Positions 9,910 to 21,550 of a stretch of DNA of 64,000 bases are shown piece by piece. The translations under genes were made by a program, and so were the position numbers. The notes under the pieces are model-generated. The model did no database searches. It saw only the letters and a list, made by a program, of their open reading frames with translations, and was not told the origin of the DNA. Position 1 is the first letter of the stretch, and every line of letters begins with the position of its first letter. Source of the stretch: Terriglobales bacterium (GTDB taxonomy: Bacteria; Acidobacteriota; Terriglobia; Terriglobales; Acidobacteriaceae); the NCBI GenBank assembly GCA_044447375.1, contig JBIOFT010000003.1, positions 131 to 64,130 on the forward strand, read 5' to 3'.

Positions 9910-10539
9910 TTGGCACGTTATACCGGACCAGTATGCCGCCTGTGCCGCCGCGAAGGCATGAAGTTGTTCCTCAAGGGGGCGAAGTGCTTTTCTGAGAAGT
10001 GCCCCATCGAGAAGCGCAACTTCGCGCCCGGGCAGCACGGCAAGGATCGCAAGGCCAAGATCGTCGGCTACGGCCTGCAATTGCGCGAGAAGCAGAAGGC
10101 GAAGCGCATATACTTCACCCTGGAGAAGCAGTTCCGCAATTACTTCGAGCGGGCCGCGCGCAAGCCGGGCGTCACCGGCGAACTGCTGTTGCAGCAACTG
10201 GAGCGGCGGCTGGACAACGTGATCTACCGCATGGGCTTGGCGACCTCGCGCCGGCAGTCGCGGCAACTGGTGCGCCACGGCCACGTCGAGGTCAACGGTC
10301 GGAAGGTGAATATCCCCTCCTACCAGGTGACTCCCGGCGAGGAGGTTGCGCTGCGCGAGCGAAGCCGCAAGCTTCCTGTGATGGAGGGCGTCCGCGAGCA
10401 GACCAGCCATTTGTCGGTTGCGCCCTGGCTGGAGATCGATCGCGAAAACTTCAAGGGACGCGTGCTGGCGCTGCCGACGCGCGAACATATCAACCTGCCG
10501 ATCAACGAGCAGTTGATCGTGGAGTTGTATAGCAAGTGA
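9910..10539 (+). CDS. rpsD: 30S ribosomal protein uS4
   Basis: 209 aa. [16 protein letters not shown] with a TTG start. GAAGGAGAAG lies upstream. Confidence 0.95.
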   Translation: MARYTGPVCRLCRREGMKLFLKGAKCFSEKCPIEKRNFAPGQHGKDRKAKIVGYGLQLREKQKAKRIYFTLEKQFRNYFERAARKPGVTGELLLQQLERRLDNVIYRMGLATSRRQSRQLVRHGHVEVNGRKVNIPSYQVTPGEEVALRERSRKLPVMEGVREQTSHLSVAPWLEIDRENFKGRVLALPTREHINLPINEQLIVELYSK

Positions 10540-10542
10540 CCG

Positions 10543-10675
10543 CGAGCGCAGCGAGGGATCTTAAACACGTTTCCCGCGGGAGAGAACAGGAGGCTCCCTC
10601 GCTCCGCTCGGGATTTCGGCGGCGGGCTCAGACGCCCGCCAAGCGCCTCAACCTCGGTCGCTCAGGATGACAATT
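10543..10675. mobile_element. MITE-like palindromic element, left end truncated at the rpsD stop
   Basis: It shares GCGCAGCGAGGGATC and the right terminus CTCAGGATGACAATT with the 12560 and 30479 copies. It has internal hairpins. Confidence 0.5.
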
Positions 10676-10696
10676 GTTAAGAGTTTTTACGTTTTT

Positions 10697-10729
10697 ACTG
10701 ACAACTGGCAACTGACTACTGACAACTGG
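10697..10729. repeat. tandem 7-mers, CAACTG family (single arm)
   Basis: actgacaactggcaactgactactgacaactgg, upstream of rpoA. Confidence 0.8.
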
Positions 10730-10837
10730 TTTTAGGGGCCCAGCTTTTCGAGCCCGAGCAGCCTTGGCCGCGCACAACCCGCCGATGGGCCAGCGGGATG
10801 CGGCTTTGAGCCACAGGGCCGAAAGGAGAAACACTAC

Positions 10838-11872
10838 ATGCTGTGGAGAGGTTTTCAGAAACCCAAACGGCTGGCCGCGGAGACGGAAACACTGACCGAG
10901 CGGTTTGGCCGCTTTCAGGCGCAGCCGTTCGAGCGCGGATTCGGCACCACCATCGGCAATGCGCTGCGGCGCGTGCTGCTGTCTTCGATCGAAGGCGCGG
11001 CCATCACCGCGGTGAAGATCGAGGGGGTGCTGCACGAGTTCCAGTCCATTCAGGGCGTGGTCGAGGACGCCACCGACATCATCCTCAACCTGAAGCAGAT
11101 CCCGTTCAAGCTGAGCGGCGACGGCCCCAAGGCCATCTACCTGCGCGCCGACCAGCCCGGGGTGGTGACCTCGGGGATGATCGAGGCCGACAGCGACGTC
11201 GAAATTCTCGACAAGGACGTGTACATCGCCACCGTCAGCGAAGGCGGCAAGCTCGACATGGAGATGCGCCTGAAGCGCGGGCGCGGCTACGTCTCCGCCG
11301 ACAAGAACTTCGACGAGGATCTCGGCATCGGCTTCATCCCCATCGATTCGGTGCACTCGCCGGTGCGCAAGTGCAACTACGTGGTGGAAGCCGCGCGTCT
11401 GGGCCAGATCACCGACTACGACCGGCTGACGCTGGAAGTGTGGACCAACGGCAGCGTCCGCCCGGCCGACGCCATCGGCCTGGGCGCCAAGCTGCTGAAG
11501 GACCACATGAACATCTTCATCAACTTCGAGGAGGAGCACGAGCCGGAGATCGCGGAAGAGCGCAAGCCGGAGATCCGCAACGAGAACCTGAACCGCTCGG
11601 TCGAGGAACTGGAACTCTCGGTGCGCAGCTACAACTGCCTGAAGAACGCCAATATCCAGACCATCGGCGAGCTGGTGCAGAAGACCGAGGCGGAGATGCT
11701 GAAGACCAAGAACTTCGGGCGCAAGTCGCTGAACGAGATCAAGGAGATCCTGGCTTCCATGGGGCTGAGCCTGGGCATGAAGATCGACGAGCACGGCAAT
11801 GCTGTGCCCGGCGCTCCGCCGCCGCCGCCATCCGCCTTGGGATATTCGTCGTTCCGCGAAGGGCAGTACTGA
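10838..11872 (+). CDS. rpoA: DNA-directed RNA polymerase alpha subunit
   Basis: 344 aa. [21 protein letters not shown] and the C-terminal-domain motif [14 protein letters not shown] are present. Confidence 0.96.
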   Translation: MLWRGFQKPKRLAAETETLTERFGRFQAQPFERGFGTTIGNALRRVLLSSIEGAAITAVKIEGVLHEFQSIQGVVEDATDIILNLKQIPFKLSGDGPKAIYLRADQPGVVTSGMIEADSDVEILDKDVYIATVSEGGKLDMEMRLKRGRGYVSADKNFDEDLGIGFIPIDSVHSPVRKCNYVVEAARLGQITDYDRLTLEVWTNGSVRPADAIGLGAKLLKDHMNIFINFEEEHEPEIAEERKPEIRNENLNRSVEELELSVRSYNCLKNANIQTIGELVQKTEAEMLKTKNFGRKSLNEIKEILASMGLSLGMKIDEHGNAVPGAPPPPPSALGYSSFREGQY

Positions 11873-11885
11873 CAGGAAAACCGAC

Positions 11886-12395
11886 ATGCGTCATCTCAAA
11901 GCAGGATGGAAACTCGGACGCAACACCGCACACCGGCGCGCGCTGCTGCGCAATCTGGTGACCTCCCTCGTTCTGGAAGAGCGCATCGAAACCACGTTGG
12001 CCAAGGCCAAAGCCATGCGCCCGCACGTGGAGAAGATGATCACCCTGGGCAAGCGCGGCGACCTGTGGGCGCGCCGCCAGGCAGGCGCCTTCCTGATGAC
12101 CCAGGACGCGGTGCGCAAGCTGTGGGAGATCGCTCCCCGCTTCGGCGACCGCGAAGGCGGCTACCTGCGCATCGTCCGCACCGCCTTCCAGCGCGGCGAT
12201 GGCGCGGAGAAAGCCTTCGTCGAGCTGGTGGGCAGCGAGAAGGTCATCGAGGAAAAGCGCGAGAAACGCGCCGAAGCTCGCGCCAAGAAAGCCGAAGCCA
12301 CCCGCAAGGCGATGGAAGAAGAGACCAAGCAGGCCGAGGCCGAAAGCGTGGCAGAGTCTCAGGGCGGCGAGACCGGCGGCGAGACGAAGGAATAG
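11886..12395 (+). CDS. rplQ: 50S ribosomal protein bL17
   Basis: [24 protein letters not shown] from ATG 11886. The track ORF is extended upstream into rpoA. Acidic/Lys-rich C-terminal tail. Confidence 0.94.
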   Translation: MRHLKAGWKLGRNTAHRRALLRNLVTSLVLEERIETTLAKAKAMRPHVEKMITLGKRGDLWARRQAGAFLMTQDAVRKLWEIAPRFGDREGGYLRIVRTAFQRGDGAEKAFVELVGSEKVIEEKREKRAEARAKKAEATRKAMEEETKQAEAESVAESQGGETGGETKE

Positions 12396-12397
12396 TA

Positions 12398-12418
12398 GTC
12401 AGCCGTCAGCACTCAGCC
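12398..12418. repeat. short tandem 7-mers, CAGC family
   Basis: gtcagccgtcagcactcagcc, directly after the rplQ stop. Same unit as 37581-37668. Confidence 0.6.
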
Positions 12419-12426
12419 TTTAGGCA

Positions 12427-12457
12427 AAACGCACCCGTTTGGGTGCGTTTTCTTTTC
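12427..12457 (+). terminator. rho-independent terminator after rplQ
   Basis: AAACGCACCC-GTTT-GGGTGCGTTT forms a 10-bp stem, followed by TCTTTTCT. Confidence 0.75.
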
Positions 12458-12559
12458 TCCGGTGCCTCCGTCCAGCAGGCGAGAGTGGTTTCACAATAAA
12501 TGTACGCCGGTTCTTTGAAGGGGCACGCCTTCCAGGCGTGCCGTAAGGGCATTTTCATG

Positions 12560-12703
12560 AATTGTCATCCCGAGCAAGCGCGAGCCGAGTTGAGCGAGGC
12601 CAGCGCGTAGCGAGGGATCTGCAGTCGTAGATTGATACAAGTGCAGATCCCTCGATTCGCGCTGGGTCGCCAAGCTCCCTGGCACTCTCTCGGGATGACA
12701 ATT
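12560..12703. mobile_element. MITE-like 144-bp element with perfect 15-bp terminal inverted repeats
   Basis: AATTGTCATCCCGAG ... CTCGGGATGACAATT. A nested inner palindrome CGAGGGATCTGCA...TGCAGATCCCTCG is present. There is no ORF. Confidence 0.6.
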
Positions 12704-12719
12704 GGGGAGGCTTGCGTGC

Positions 12720-12739
12720 GGCGCGGCTGAAGCCGCGCC
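12720..12739. repeat. GC hairpin of the GGCTGAAGCC type
   Basis: ggcgcggc-tgaa-gccgcgcc. The same loop/stem core occurs in the arms of the 39621-39787 palindrome. Confidence 0.6.
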
Positions 12740-12784
12740 CTTTCAAAGCGTTGTGCTTTCGGGTACATCTACGCTGGCACCGCT

Positions 12785-14811
<2,027 letters not shown>

Positions 14812-14835
14812 CTACAGGAGGGAAGGCCGGCCGGT

Positions 14836-15364
14836 TCAGGACAGCTTCAACCAGGTGAATGCTGGATCGGAAGGCCAGGATTGCCGCCAGCGTTTTGCGA
14901 GGTCCGGGTAACGGGCGGAGATCTCTGCCATTACTTGTTCGAATTCGTCTTGCGTAAGGCCATCGGCGACCCTCGCAGGTCGGCCTCGGTATTCGAACAG
15001 AATGCCGCTGCGCAAGTGTGCCTTCGATCGTTTATCCTCGGGTACCCAGTGCAGGCCCACAACCCCGTCGATCGGGTAATTGTCCGTCCAACTGTAAGAG
15101 CAGTACCTGTTTGCGATGGCGAAGGACGTCGGGACCAATCTCGACTATTTCCTCGCCCGCGAATAGCCATAGGAACTCAACGATGGCGCTCACTGTAACC
15201 AGCAAAGCTGTGATCCGGCCAAACCATGGGGAAGTATGGATCCAGTACCGGACTGCCAGATAGTCCCAGAGGGCAGCGAAGGCCAAGCCTAAGAGTGAAG
15301 CCGGCTGGAACTCGCGGCGGATTGTGATGCGAATCCGCTCAAGATGTTCGACCATATACGGCAT
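14836..15364 (-). pseudogene. two-TM membrane protein gene split by a 1-nt frameshift (or sequencing error)
   Basis: ORFs 15032..15463 and 14836..15138 overlap in adjacent frames. They read continuously as ...FAGEEIVEIGPDVL/AIANRYCSYSWTDNYPIDGV... if one C near 15123-15126 is removed. Confidence 0.5.
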
Positions 15365-15516
15365 CGGCTGAGTATAAACAGCGAGAGCCGCCCAGGTTGG
15401 CCCCGTTTGTCTTTTCGGGAATCCGGGCGTATCATAGTTGGTTAAGCTGTTGTGGCGAAGCACACCAGTGGGCGAGAGCCCACTTTATTTTTGGCTCGGC
15501 GTCAGGGAGGGCCAAA

Positions 15517-15608
15517 CCCGCGGGCAAGATGCCCGCGCGACAGCCGGCGAAACCGGGGCCCCGGAACGCCCGGTTTTGGCGTTCTGGGGTGGGAGGCGCC
15601 GGCGCTAC
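15517..15608. repeat. REP-like GC-rich hairpin element (single unit)
   Basis: cgcgggcaagatgcccgcg and ccccggaacgcc-cggtttt-ggcgttctgggg. The second hairpin is near-identical to 27550-27583. It ends 2 nt before the rimP ATG. Confidence 0.8.
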
Positions 15609-15610
15609 GA

Positions 15611-16108
15611 ATGGCGATCGACCTGGAGCATGTACGCGGGGTCGTGGAGCGAGTGACGGCCTCGAGTGGGCTGGAACTGGTGGAATTGGAGTTTCGCGGC
15701 GTGGGTGGCAAGGCGCGCATGCTGCGGGTGTTCATCGACAAGCCGGGCGGGGTGACGCATGCCGACTGCGAGGCGGTCAGCCGCGAGGTGGGCACGATCC
15801 TCGACGTCGAAGACGCGGTGCCGGGCGGGTCGTACACGCTGGAGGTTTCCTCGCCGGGCCTGGACCGTAAGCTGAGCCGGCCGGAAGATTTTGCGCGCTT
15901 CGTCGGCAGCCGGGTAAAGCTCACCACCCGTGAGCCCATCGAGGGCAACCGTTTCTTTGAGGGGCGGCTCGAAAGCTTTAGGGACGGAATGCTGGTTTTG
16001 GCGCTGAGCGCGGGAAAGGCGAAGCGTGGAAAGCCGGAGCAGCCGGCGCGGCAGGTGGAGATCGCGTACTCGAACATCGAGAAGGCGAACCTGGTGCCGG
16101 AGATCTAG
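15611..16108 (+). CDS. rimP: ribosome maturation factor RimP
   Basis: From ATG 15611: GLELVELEFRGVGGKARMLRVFIDKPGGVTHADCEAVSR...LEVSSPGLDR. The upstream part of the track ORF is translated from a repeat. Confidence 0.9.
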   Translation: MAIDLEHVRGVVERVTASSGLELVELEFRGVGGKARMLRVFIDKPGGVTHADCEAVSREVGTILDVEDAVPGGSYTLEVSSPGLDRKLSRPEDFARFVGSRVKLTTREPIEGNRFFEGRLESFRDGMLVLALSAGKAKRGKPEQPARQVEIAYSNIEKANLVPEI

Positions 16109-16126
16109 GAAGCGGGAAAACCGACT

Positions 16127-17674
16127 ATGGCGAGTTTGCTTTACCAGACGATTGAAGGCCTGAGCCGGGAAAAGGGCATCGATCCGCAGATCGTGGTCAG
16201 CGCGGTGGAAGACGCCATCGTGGTGGCCACGCGCAAGTATTACAAGAGCCAGGAGAACCTGCGGGCGGAGCTGGACAAGGAGTCGGGCGCGATCAAAGCC
16301 TTCGCGGTGAAGACCGTGGTGGAGACCCCGGAGCAGATCGAGGACCCGAACCTGCAGATCACGCTGGAAGATGCGAAGAAGGTCGATCCCAGCGTCGAAG
16401 CCGGGGGCGAGGTGCGCTTCTACAAGGCCACCGACGTTCTGGGCCGCATTGCGGCGCAACTGGCCAAGCAGGTGATCTTCCAGAAGGTGCGCGAGGCCGA
16501 GCGCGACACCGTCTACAACGAGTACATCGGGCGGGTGGGCGAGATCGTCACCGCCATGGTGAAGCGCACCGAAGGCCCGGACGTGATCTTCGAGGTGGGC
16601 AAGACGGAAGCGCGCATGGGGCGCAAGGAGCAGTCACGGCTGGAGTCGTTCGCCGTGGGCGAGCGCGTGAAGGTGGTGATCGGCCGGGTGGAAAAGTCTT
16701 CGAAAGGCCCGCAGGTGGTGGTCTCGCGGGCGGCGCCGGAGCTGGTGCAGCACCTGTTCCAGACCGAAGTGCCGGAGATCTACGACGGCACGGTGGTGAT
16801 CCGCGCCATCGCGCGCGAGGCCGGCGAGCGCACCAAGATCGCCGTCATGTCCAAGGACAAGGACGTAGACTCCGTCGGCGCCTGCGTGGGCATGAAGGGC
16901 ATGCGTGTGCAGTCCATCATCCGCGAGCTGCGCGGCGAGAAGATCGACATCATCGAGTGGCACAACGATCCGGTGACCTTCGCCGAGAAGGCGTTGCAGC
17001 CGGCCAAGGTGGCCAGAGTGTCGATGGTTGAGGGCGGCGATAAGCACCTGGAAGTGATCGTGGACGACAGCCAGCTCTCGCTCGCCATCGGCAAGAAGGG
17101 CCAGAACGTGCGGCTGGCGGCCAAGCTGCTGGGCTGGAAGATCGACATCAAGAGCGAAGAAGAGAAGCGGCAGGAGGTGGAGCTGCAGATGCAGGCCCTG
17201 GTGGGCTCCTCCAACACGCCGCTGGACCGTGTCGAGGGCCTGGGCGAGGGCATCATCGAGAAGCTCATTGAGGCGGGTGTGACCACGGTGGAGGCGCTCG
17301 CCGACATGACTCCGGAGCAGTTGGAGGCCATCAACGGCATTGGCCCCAAGACAGTGGAAAAAATCAGCATTGCGGTTAATAATTACTTTTCCAGCTTAGA
17401 GGCAGGGGAAGCAGCGGTCGAGGAAGGGGCTGAGCCAGCGGCGGAAGAGCCCGCGGCGGCCGAAGAAGCGGCCCCGGAGGCGGTCAGTCCGGAAGCGGAA
17501 GAGGCTGCGGCCACAGAAGAGACTGTGGAGTCCTCCGCGCCGGAGGGAGTCGAGAGTGCTCCCGCCGCCGATGTGGCCGAGGTCCCGACCGAGAGCGACG
17601 AACTCCCCGAGGGCGAGGCGCCGGCTTCAAAAGAGCCGGAAGAGCCAAAGTCCGAAGACTCGGCGGAGAAGTAA
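16127..17674 (+). CDS. nusA: transcription termination/antitermination factor NusA
   Basis: 515 aa. S1 and KH regions (DSVGACVGMKGMRVQSIIREL, LAIGKKGQNVRLAAKLLGWKIDI). Acidic C-terminal tail. Confidence 0.95.
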   Translation: MASLLYQTIEGLSREKGIDPQIVVSAVEDAIVVATRKYYKSQENLRAELDKESGAIKAFAVKTVVETPEQIEDPNLQITLEDAKKVDPSVEAGGEVRFYKATDVLGRIAAQLAKQVIFQKVREAERDTVYNEYIGRVGEIVTAMVKRTEGPDVIFEVGKTEARMGRKEQSRLESFAVGERVKVVIGRVEKSSKGPQVVVSRAAPELVQHLFQTEVPEIYDGTVVIRAIAREAGERTKIAVMSKDKDVDSVGACVGMKGMRVQSIIRELRGEKIDIIEWHNDPVTFAEKALQPAKVARVSMVEGGDKHLEVIVDDSQLSLAIGKKGQNVRLAAKLLGWKIDIKSEEEKRQEVELQMQALVGSSNTPLDRVEGLGEGIIEKLIEAGVTTVEALADMTPEQLEAINGIGPKTVEKISIAVNNYFSSLEAGEAAVEEGAEPAAEEPAAAEEAAPEAVSPEAEEAAATEETVESSAPEGVESAPAADVAEVPTESDELPEGEAPASKEPEEPKSEDSAEK

Positions 17675-17789
17675 AGCTGAGTTTGAGTGCGCGACCGCCG
17701 CGGGCGCGCCAACATCCAATCACTATCAACCCGAAATACCGTGAGGCTGCGATGAAGACTTAACGGAAATTCGGAGAAACAAAGGGCGG

Positions 17790-18200
17790 ATGCAACCGAA
17801 GGTTCGAATCAACGATCTGGCCAGGGAGCTGGAAGTCAAGAGCAAGGAAATCCTCGATCTCCTTCCCTCCGTTGGCGTCGCCGAAAAGAAGACCCACTCC
17901 AGTTCCATCGAAGCGGACGAAGCGGAGAAGGTGCGGCAGCACTTTACCGCTCATCGGGAAGCTGCGCCTGCGAAGGATACGCGTGCCGGCCGGGCGGGCG
18001 CCGAGGAGATCAAGCCGAAATTCGACCTCTCCCACATTTCCAAGCCCGGCGACGTGCTGAAAGCGATCCAACAGGGAACGCAGCCGGCCCCCGCGCGGCC
18101 TGCAGTACATGCTCCGGAAGCGCCGGCGCGCCCGGCGGCATCCGTGGCGCCACGTCCGGCTGCCCCCGCAGTGCCGCCCCCGCCGCCGATCGCGGCCTAA
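17790..18200 (+). CDS. infB: IF-2 N-terminal domain fragment, ending at an in-frame TAA
   Basis: MQPKVRINDLARELEVKSKEILDLL is the IF2_N motif. It is in the same frame as 18237..20708, separated only by TAA 18198-18200 and 12 sense codons. Confidence 0.7.
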   Translation: MQPKVRINDLARELEVKSKEILDLLPSVGVAEKKTHSSSIEADEAEKVRQHFTAHREAAPAKDTRAGRAGAEEIKPKFDLSHISKPGDVLKAIQQGTQPAPARPAVHAPEAPARPAASVAPRPAAPAVPPPPPIAA

Positions 18201-18236
18201 CCAGCGGCTGCCACGGTTGTTCCGACCGCGCCGCCG

Positions 18237-20708
18237 GTGCATCGTCCGGTAATTGCAACGCCAGTTATTCCGCCTCTCGCGCCGCAAGCTGCGCCGCCGG
18301 CCGTGCCGATGCAGGAAGCCGCGCCCATGGCGCCGCCGCCGTCCGAAGTTGTGGTGACGCCACCGCCACTGCTACGGGCGGCAGTTCCTGCTGTACCCCC
18401 ACAATCTATGACTCCTCCGCTCGCAAAAGTTCCGCCGCCGGCACAGGCACATCCGCCCAAGCCGGGAGCGCCTCCCACTGCGCCTCCCGGGTCTGGCCGA
18501 CCGGTGCGGCGCGTGATCATGCCGCAGACCGGCCCCCGGCCGGTTTACCTGGCTCCGCCGCCGCAGCCACCGCGTCCGCAACCGACCGCGCAAGGCCGGC
18601 CGGCGCCCGGACGCCCGGTCCCGGGGCAGCCGATTTTCCAGCGTCCGCGTCCCTCGGCGCCCGGCACGCGCCCGCCGTTGCGGCCCGGCGAGCGTCGTCC
18701 CATGCATCCCACGCGGCAGTCGCCCACCGGCGCCCGCCCGCTGGGAGTGGGACCGGGCTTGCCGCCGCCTTCAGCGCGTCCCGCGGGACGTCCCGGCGCG
18801 CCGGCACGGCGTCCCGGACAGCGTTACGTTCCGCGCGGAATCAAAGAAGGCCCGATGAAGGGCTTCAGACCGCCGCCGCGCATGGACGCGGCCTCGGCGG
18901 AGCCGCTGCCCATCAGCCGCAACATCATCATCACCGAAGGCATCAGCGTGAAGGACCTGGCGGAGAAGGTGGGCGTGCGGGCCAAGGACGTGATCTCACG
19001 GTTGCTGGCGCGCGGCGTAATGGCCACCGTCAACCAAACGCTCGATGCCGAGCTGGCGCGGGATTTGGCGCGGCAGTTCGGAGCCGACGCCGTGGTCATC
19101 ACATTTGAAGAAGCCGCTGCCAAGGAAGCCGCCGAGGAGTTTACCGGCGGTGAAGAAGCGGCGGGGCAGGAAGTGCCGCGTCCGCCGGTGGTTACCATCA
19201 TGGGCCACGTGGACCACGGCAAAACCAAGCTGCTGGATGCCATCCGCAAGACCAACGTCGCCGAAGGCGAAGCCGGGGGGATCACGCAGCACATCGGCGC
19301 TTACAAGGTGCAGATCGTCGATCAGCAATCGCCGGCCTACGGGCGGGAGATCGTGTTCCTCGACACCCCGGGCCACGAGGCGTTCACGCGCATGCGCGCC
19401 CGCGGCGCCAAGGTCACCGACATCGTGGTGCTGGTGGTGGCGGCCGATGACGGCGTGATGCCGCAGACGCTGGAGGCCATCGACCACGCCAATGCCGCCA
19501 AGGTGCCGATCATCGTGGCGCTGAACAAGGTTGATAAGCCCGAAGCCAATCCCGAGCGCGTGAAGAAGCAACTCGCCGACCGCGGCCTGGTGCCGGAGGA
19601 CTGGGGCGGGCAGACGGTGTTCGTGGAGGTTTCCGCCAAGCAGAAGACGAACCTCAACCTGCTGATGGAGATGATCTGCCTGGTCGCCGACCTGCAAGAG
19701 CTGAAGGCGGCTCCCGATCATCCCGCAACCGGCGTGGTGATCGAGGCCAAGCTGGATCGCGGCCGCGGCAACGTGGCCACCGTGCTGGTGCAGAACGGCA
19801 CCCTGCGCATCGGGGACTATTTTGTTATGGGCAACGTGTTCGGACGCGTGCGCGCCATGTTCGACGATCGCGGCAATGCCATGGAAGAGGCGCCGCCCTC
19901 GACGCCGGTCGAGGTGCTGGGACTGGAAGGCCTGCCGCAGGCGGGCGACCAGATGGTGGTGGTGGCCGAGCGCGACAAGGCGCGCGAGGTGGCCCAGTAC
20001 CGCGAGCAGAAAGCCCGCGAGGCGCAACTGGCCAAGAGCACACGCGTCTCGCTGGAAGGCCTGGCGGAACAGATCAAGGCCGCGGGCGTCAAGGAACTGC
20101 CCATCATCCTCAAGGGCGACGTGCAGGGCTCGGTGGAAGTGCTGTCCGACATGCTGGGCAAGCTGTCCAGCGACAAGGTGAAGATCAAGGTGCTGCACGC
20201 CAGCGTGGGCGCCATCACCGAGACCGACGTGCTGCTGGCTTCGGCGTCGGACGCGGTCATCATCGGCTTCAATGTGCGTCCGGAACGAAAAGCGCAGGAG
20301 ATCGCGGACCAGGAAAACGTGGAGATCCGCCTGCACACCATCATCTACGAGCTGCAGGACGAAATGAAGAAAGCCATGGTCGGCTTGCTCGAGCCCACCA
20401 TCAAGGAGCATCACCTGGGCCGGGCCGAAGTGCGGGAGACCTTCCGCATTCCCAAGGTGGGCACCGTGGCCGGCTGCTATGTGCAGGACGGCACCATCAA
20501 GCGCGACTCCGAAGTGCGGCTCGTACGCGACGGAGTGCAGGTCTTCAAAGGCAAGATCAGTTCGCTGCGCCGCTTCAAGGAAGACGTGGCGGAAGTCCAC
20601 AACGGCCTGGAGTGCGGTATCTCCATTGCCAACTATGGCGACGTCAAGATCGGCGACGTGATCGAGGCCTTCGTGACTGAGCGCATCGCGGCCGAAGTGC
20701 CGGCGTAA
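18237..20708 (+). CDS. infB: translation initiation factor IF-2 (linker, G domain and C-terminal domains)
   Basis: Pro-rich linker, a second IF2_N-like motif ([12 protein letters not shown]) and a G domain ([26 protein letters not shown]). The true start is uncertain. Confidence 0.93.
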   Translation: MHRPVIATPVIPPLAPQAAPPAVPMQEAAPMAPPPSEVVVTPPPLLRAAVPAVPPQSMTPPLAKVPPPAQAHPPKPGAPPTAPPGSGRPVRRVIMPQTGPRPVYLAPPPQPPRPQPTAQGRPAPGRPVPGQPIFQRPRPSAPGTRPPLRPGERRPMHPTRQSPTGARPLGVGPGLPPPSARPAGRPGAPARRPGQRYVPRGIKEGPMKGFRPPPRMDAASAEPLPISRNIIITEGISVKDLAEKVGVRAKDVISRLLARGVMATVNQTLDAELARDLARQFGADAVVITFEEAAAKEAAEEFTGGEEAAGQEVPRPPVVTIMGHVDHGKTKLLDAIRKTNVAEGEAGGITQHIGAYKVQIVDQQSPAYGREIVFLDTPGHEAFTRMRARGAKVTDIVVLVVAADDGVMPQTLEAIDHANAAKVPIIVALNKVDKPEANPERVKKQLADRGLVPEDWGGQTVFVEVSAKQKTNLNLLMEMICLVADLQELKAAPDHPATGVVIEAKLDRGRGNVATVLVQNGTLRIGDYFVMGNVFGRVRAMFDDRGNAMEEAPPSTPVEVLGLEGLPQAGDQMVVVAERDKAREVAQYREQKAREAQLAKSTRVSLEGLAEQIKAAGVKELPIILKGDVQGSVEVLSDMLGKLSSDKVKIKVLHASVGAITETDVLLASASDAVIIGFNVRPERKAQEIADQENVEIRLHTIIYELQDEMKKAMVGLLEPTIKEHHLGRAEVRETFRIPKVGTVAGCYVQDGTIKRDSEVRLVRDGVQVFKGKISSLRRFKEDVAEVHNGLECGISIANYGDVKIGDVIEAFVTERIAAEVPA

Positions 20709-20710
20709 AG

Positions 20711-20790
20711 GCAGTCGCCAGTAGCCAGTAGTCAGTCGCCAGTTCGAATTCGTCAGCGACTGGCGACCGGCAACTGGCAACTGGCAACTG
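20711..20790. repeat. inverted repeat of tandem 7-mers (CAGTNGC)n / (GCNACTG)n centred on GAATTC
   Basis: gcagtcgccagtagccagtagtcagtcgccagt tcgaattcg tcagcgactggcgaccggcaactggcaactggcaactg, between infB and the DUF503 gene. Confidence 0.9.
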
Positions 20791-21081
20791 ATGCCCATCG
20801 CCTTCCTCACCCTCGAACTGCGCATCGAAGGCGCGCAATCTCTGAAAGACAAGCGCCAGGTCCTGCGCAGCATGAAGGACAAACTGCGCAACAAGTTCAA
20901 TGTGTCCGTCGCCGAGCTCGATGCCAGCGACCTCTGGCAGCGCGCCACCATCGGCGTGGTCTCCCTTTCCGGCTCGCAGGACTATCTCGCCGGCCTGATG
21001 CAGAACGTGGAACGGGCAGCGGGGCGGATCGCCTCGTCCACGGGAGCGGAGATCACGGACTCGTTCGTGGAATTCCTCTAG
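20791..21081 (+). CDS. DUF503 (YlxP-like) protein
   Basis: 96 aa. LELRIEGAQSLKDKRQVLRSMKDKLRNKFNVSVAE. Usual slot between infB and rbfA. Confidence 0.8.
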   Translation: MPIAFLTLELRIEGAQSLKDKRQVLRSMKDKLRNKFNVSVAELDASDLWQRATIGVVSLSGSQDYLAGLMQNVERAAGRIASSTGAEITDSFVEFL

Positions 21082-21166
21082 TCTCTCGCGCCGTGCGGTG
21101 CCGAAAGTAACTTTTCGCGACTCCGCACGTCTGTTATTCTCTTGAGTTTTTCCTGGGAGCGAAAAC

Positions 21167-21532
21167 ATGCCGGAGCGCCGCGGGCGTGAATATCACATGC
21201 AGCGCCTGGCGGAAGCGTTGCGCGACGAGATCGGCGCCATCCTGGAAGGCGAGCTGGCGGATCCACGCATCGGCCTCGCCACCGTCAGCGAGGTGCAGTT
21301 GGCGCCGGACGGGCGCTCGGGGCGCGTGTTCGTGGCGGTGGCCGGCGATGAGAAGGAGGCGCGGGAGACCATGGCCGGCATCGAGTCGGCCAAAGGTTTC
21401 ATCCGCCACGAGCTGGGGGAGCGCCTGCAACTGCGGCACGTGCCGGACTTGCATTTCCTGCTCGACCAATCGGAGGAGTACGGGGCACGCATTGATCAAC
21501 TGCTGGATCGAGTCAAGAAGCGGAGGCTCTGA
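21167..21532 (+). CDS. rbfA: ribosome-binding factor A
   Basis: 121 aa. RLAEALRDEIGAILEGELADPRIGLATVSEVQLAPDGRSGRVFV resembles RbfA. Confidence 0.9.
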   Translation: MPERRGREYHMQRLAEALRDEIGAILEGELADPRIGLATVSEVQLAPDGRSGRVFVAVAGDEKEARETMAGIESAKGFIRHELGERLQLRHVPDLHFLLDQSEEYGARIDQLLDRVKKRRL

Positions 21533-21550
21533 GCCGGGAAGTACGGGGCC

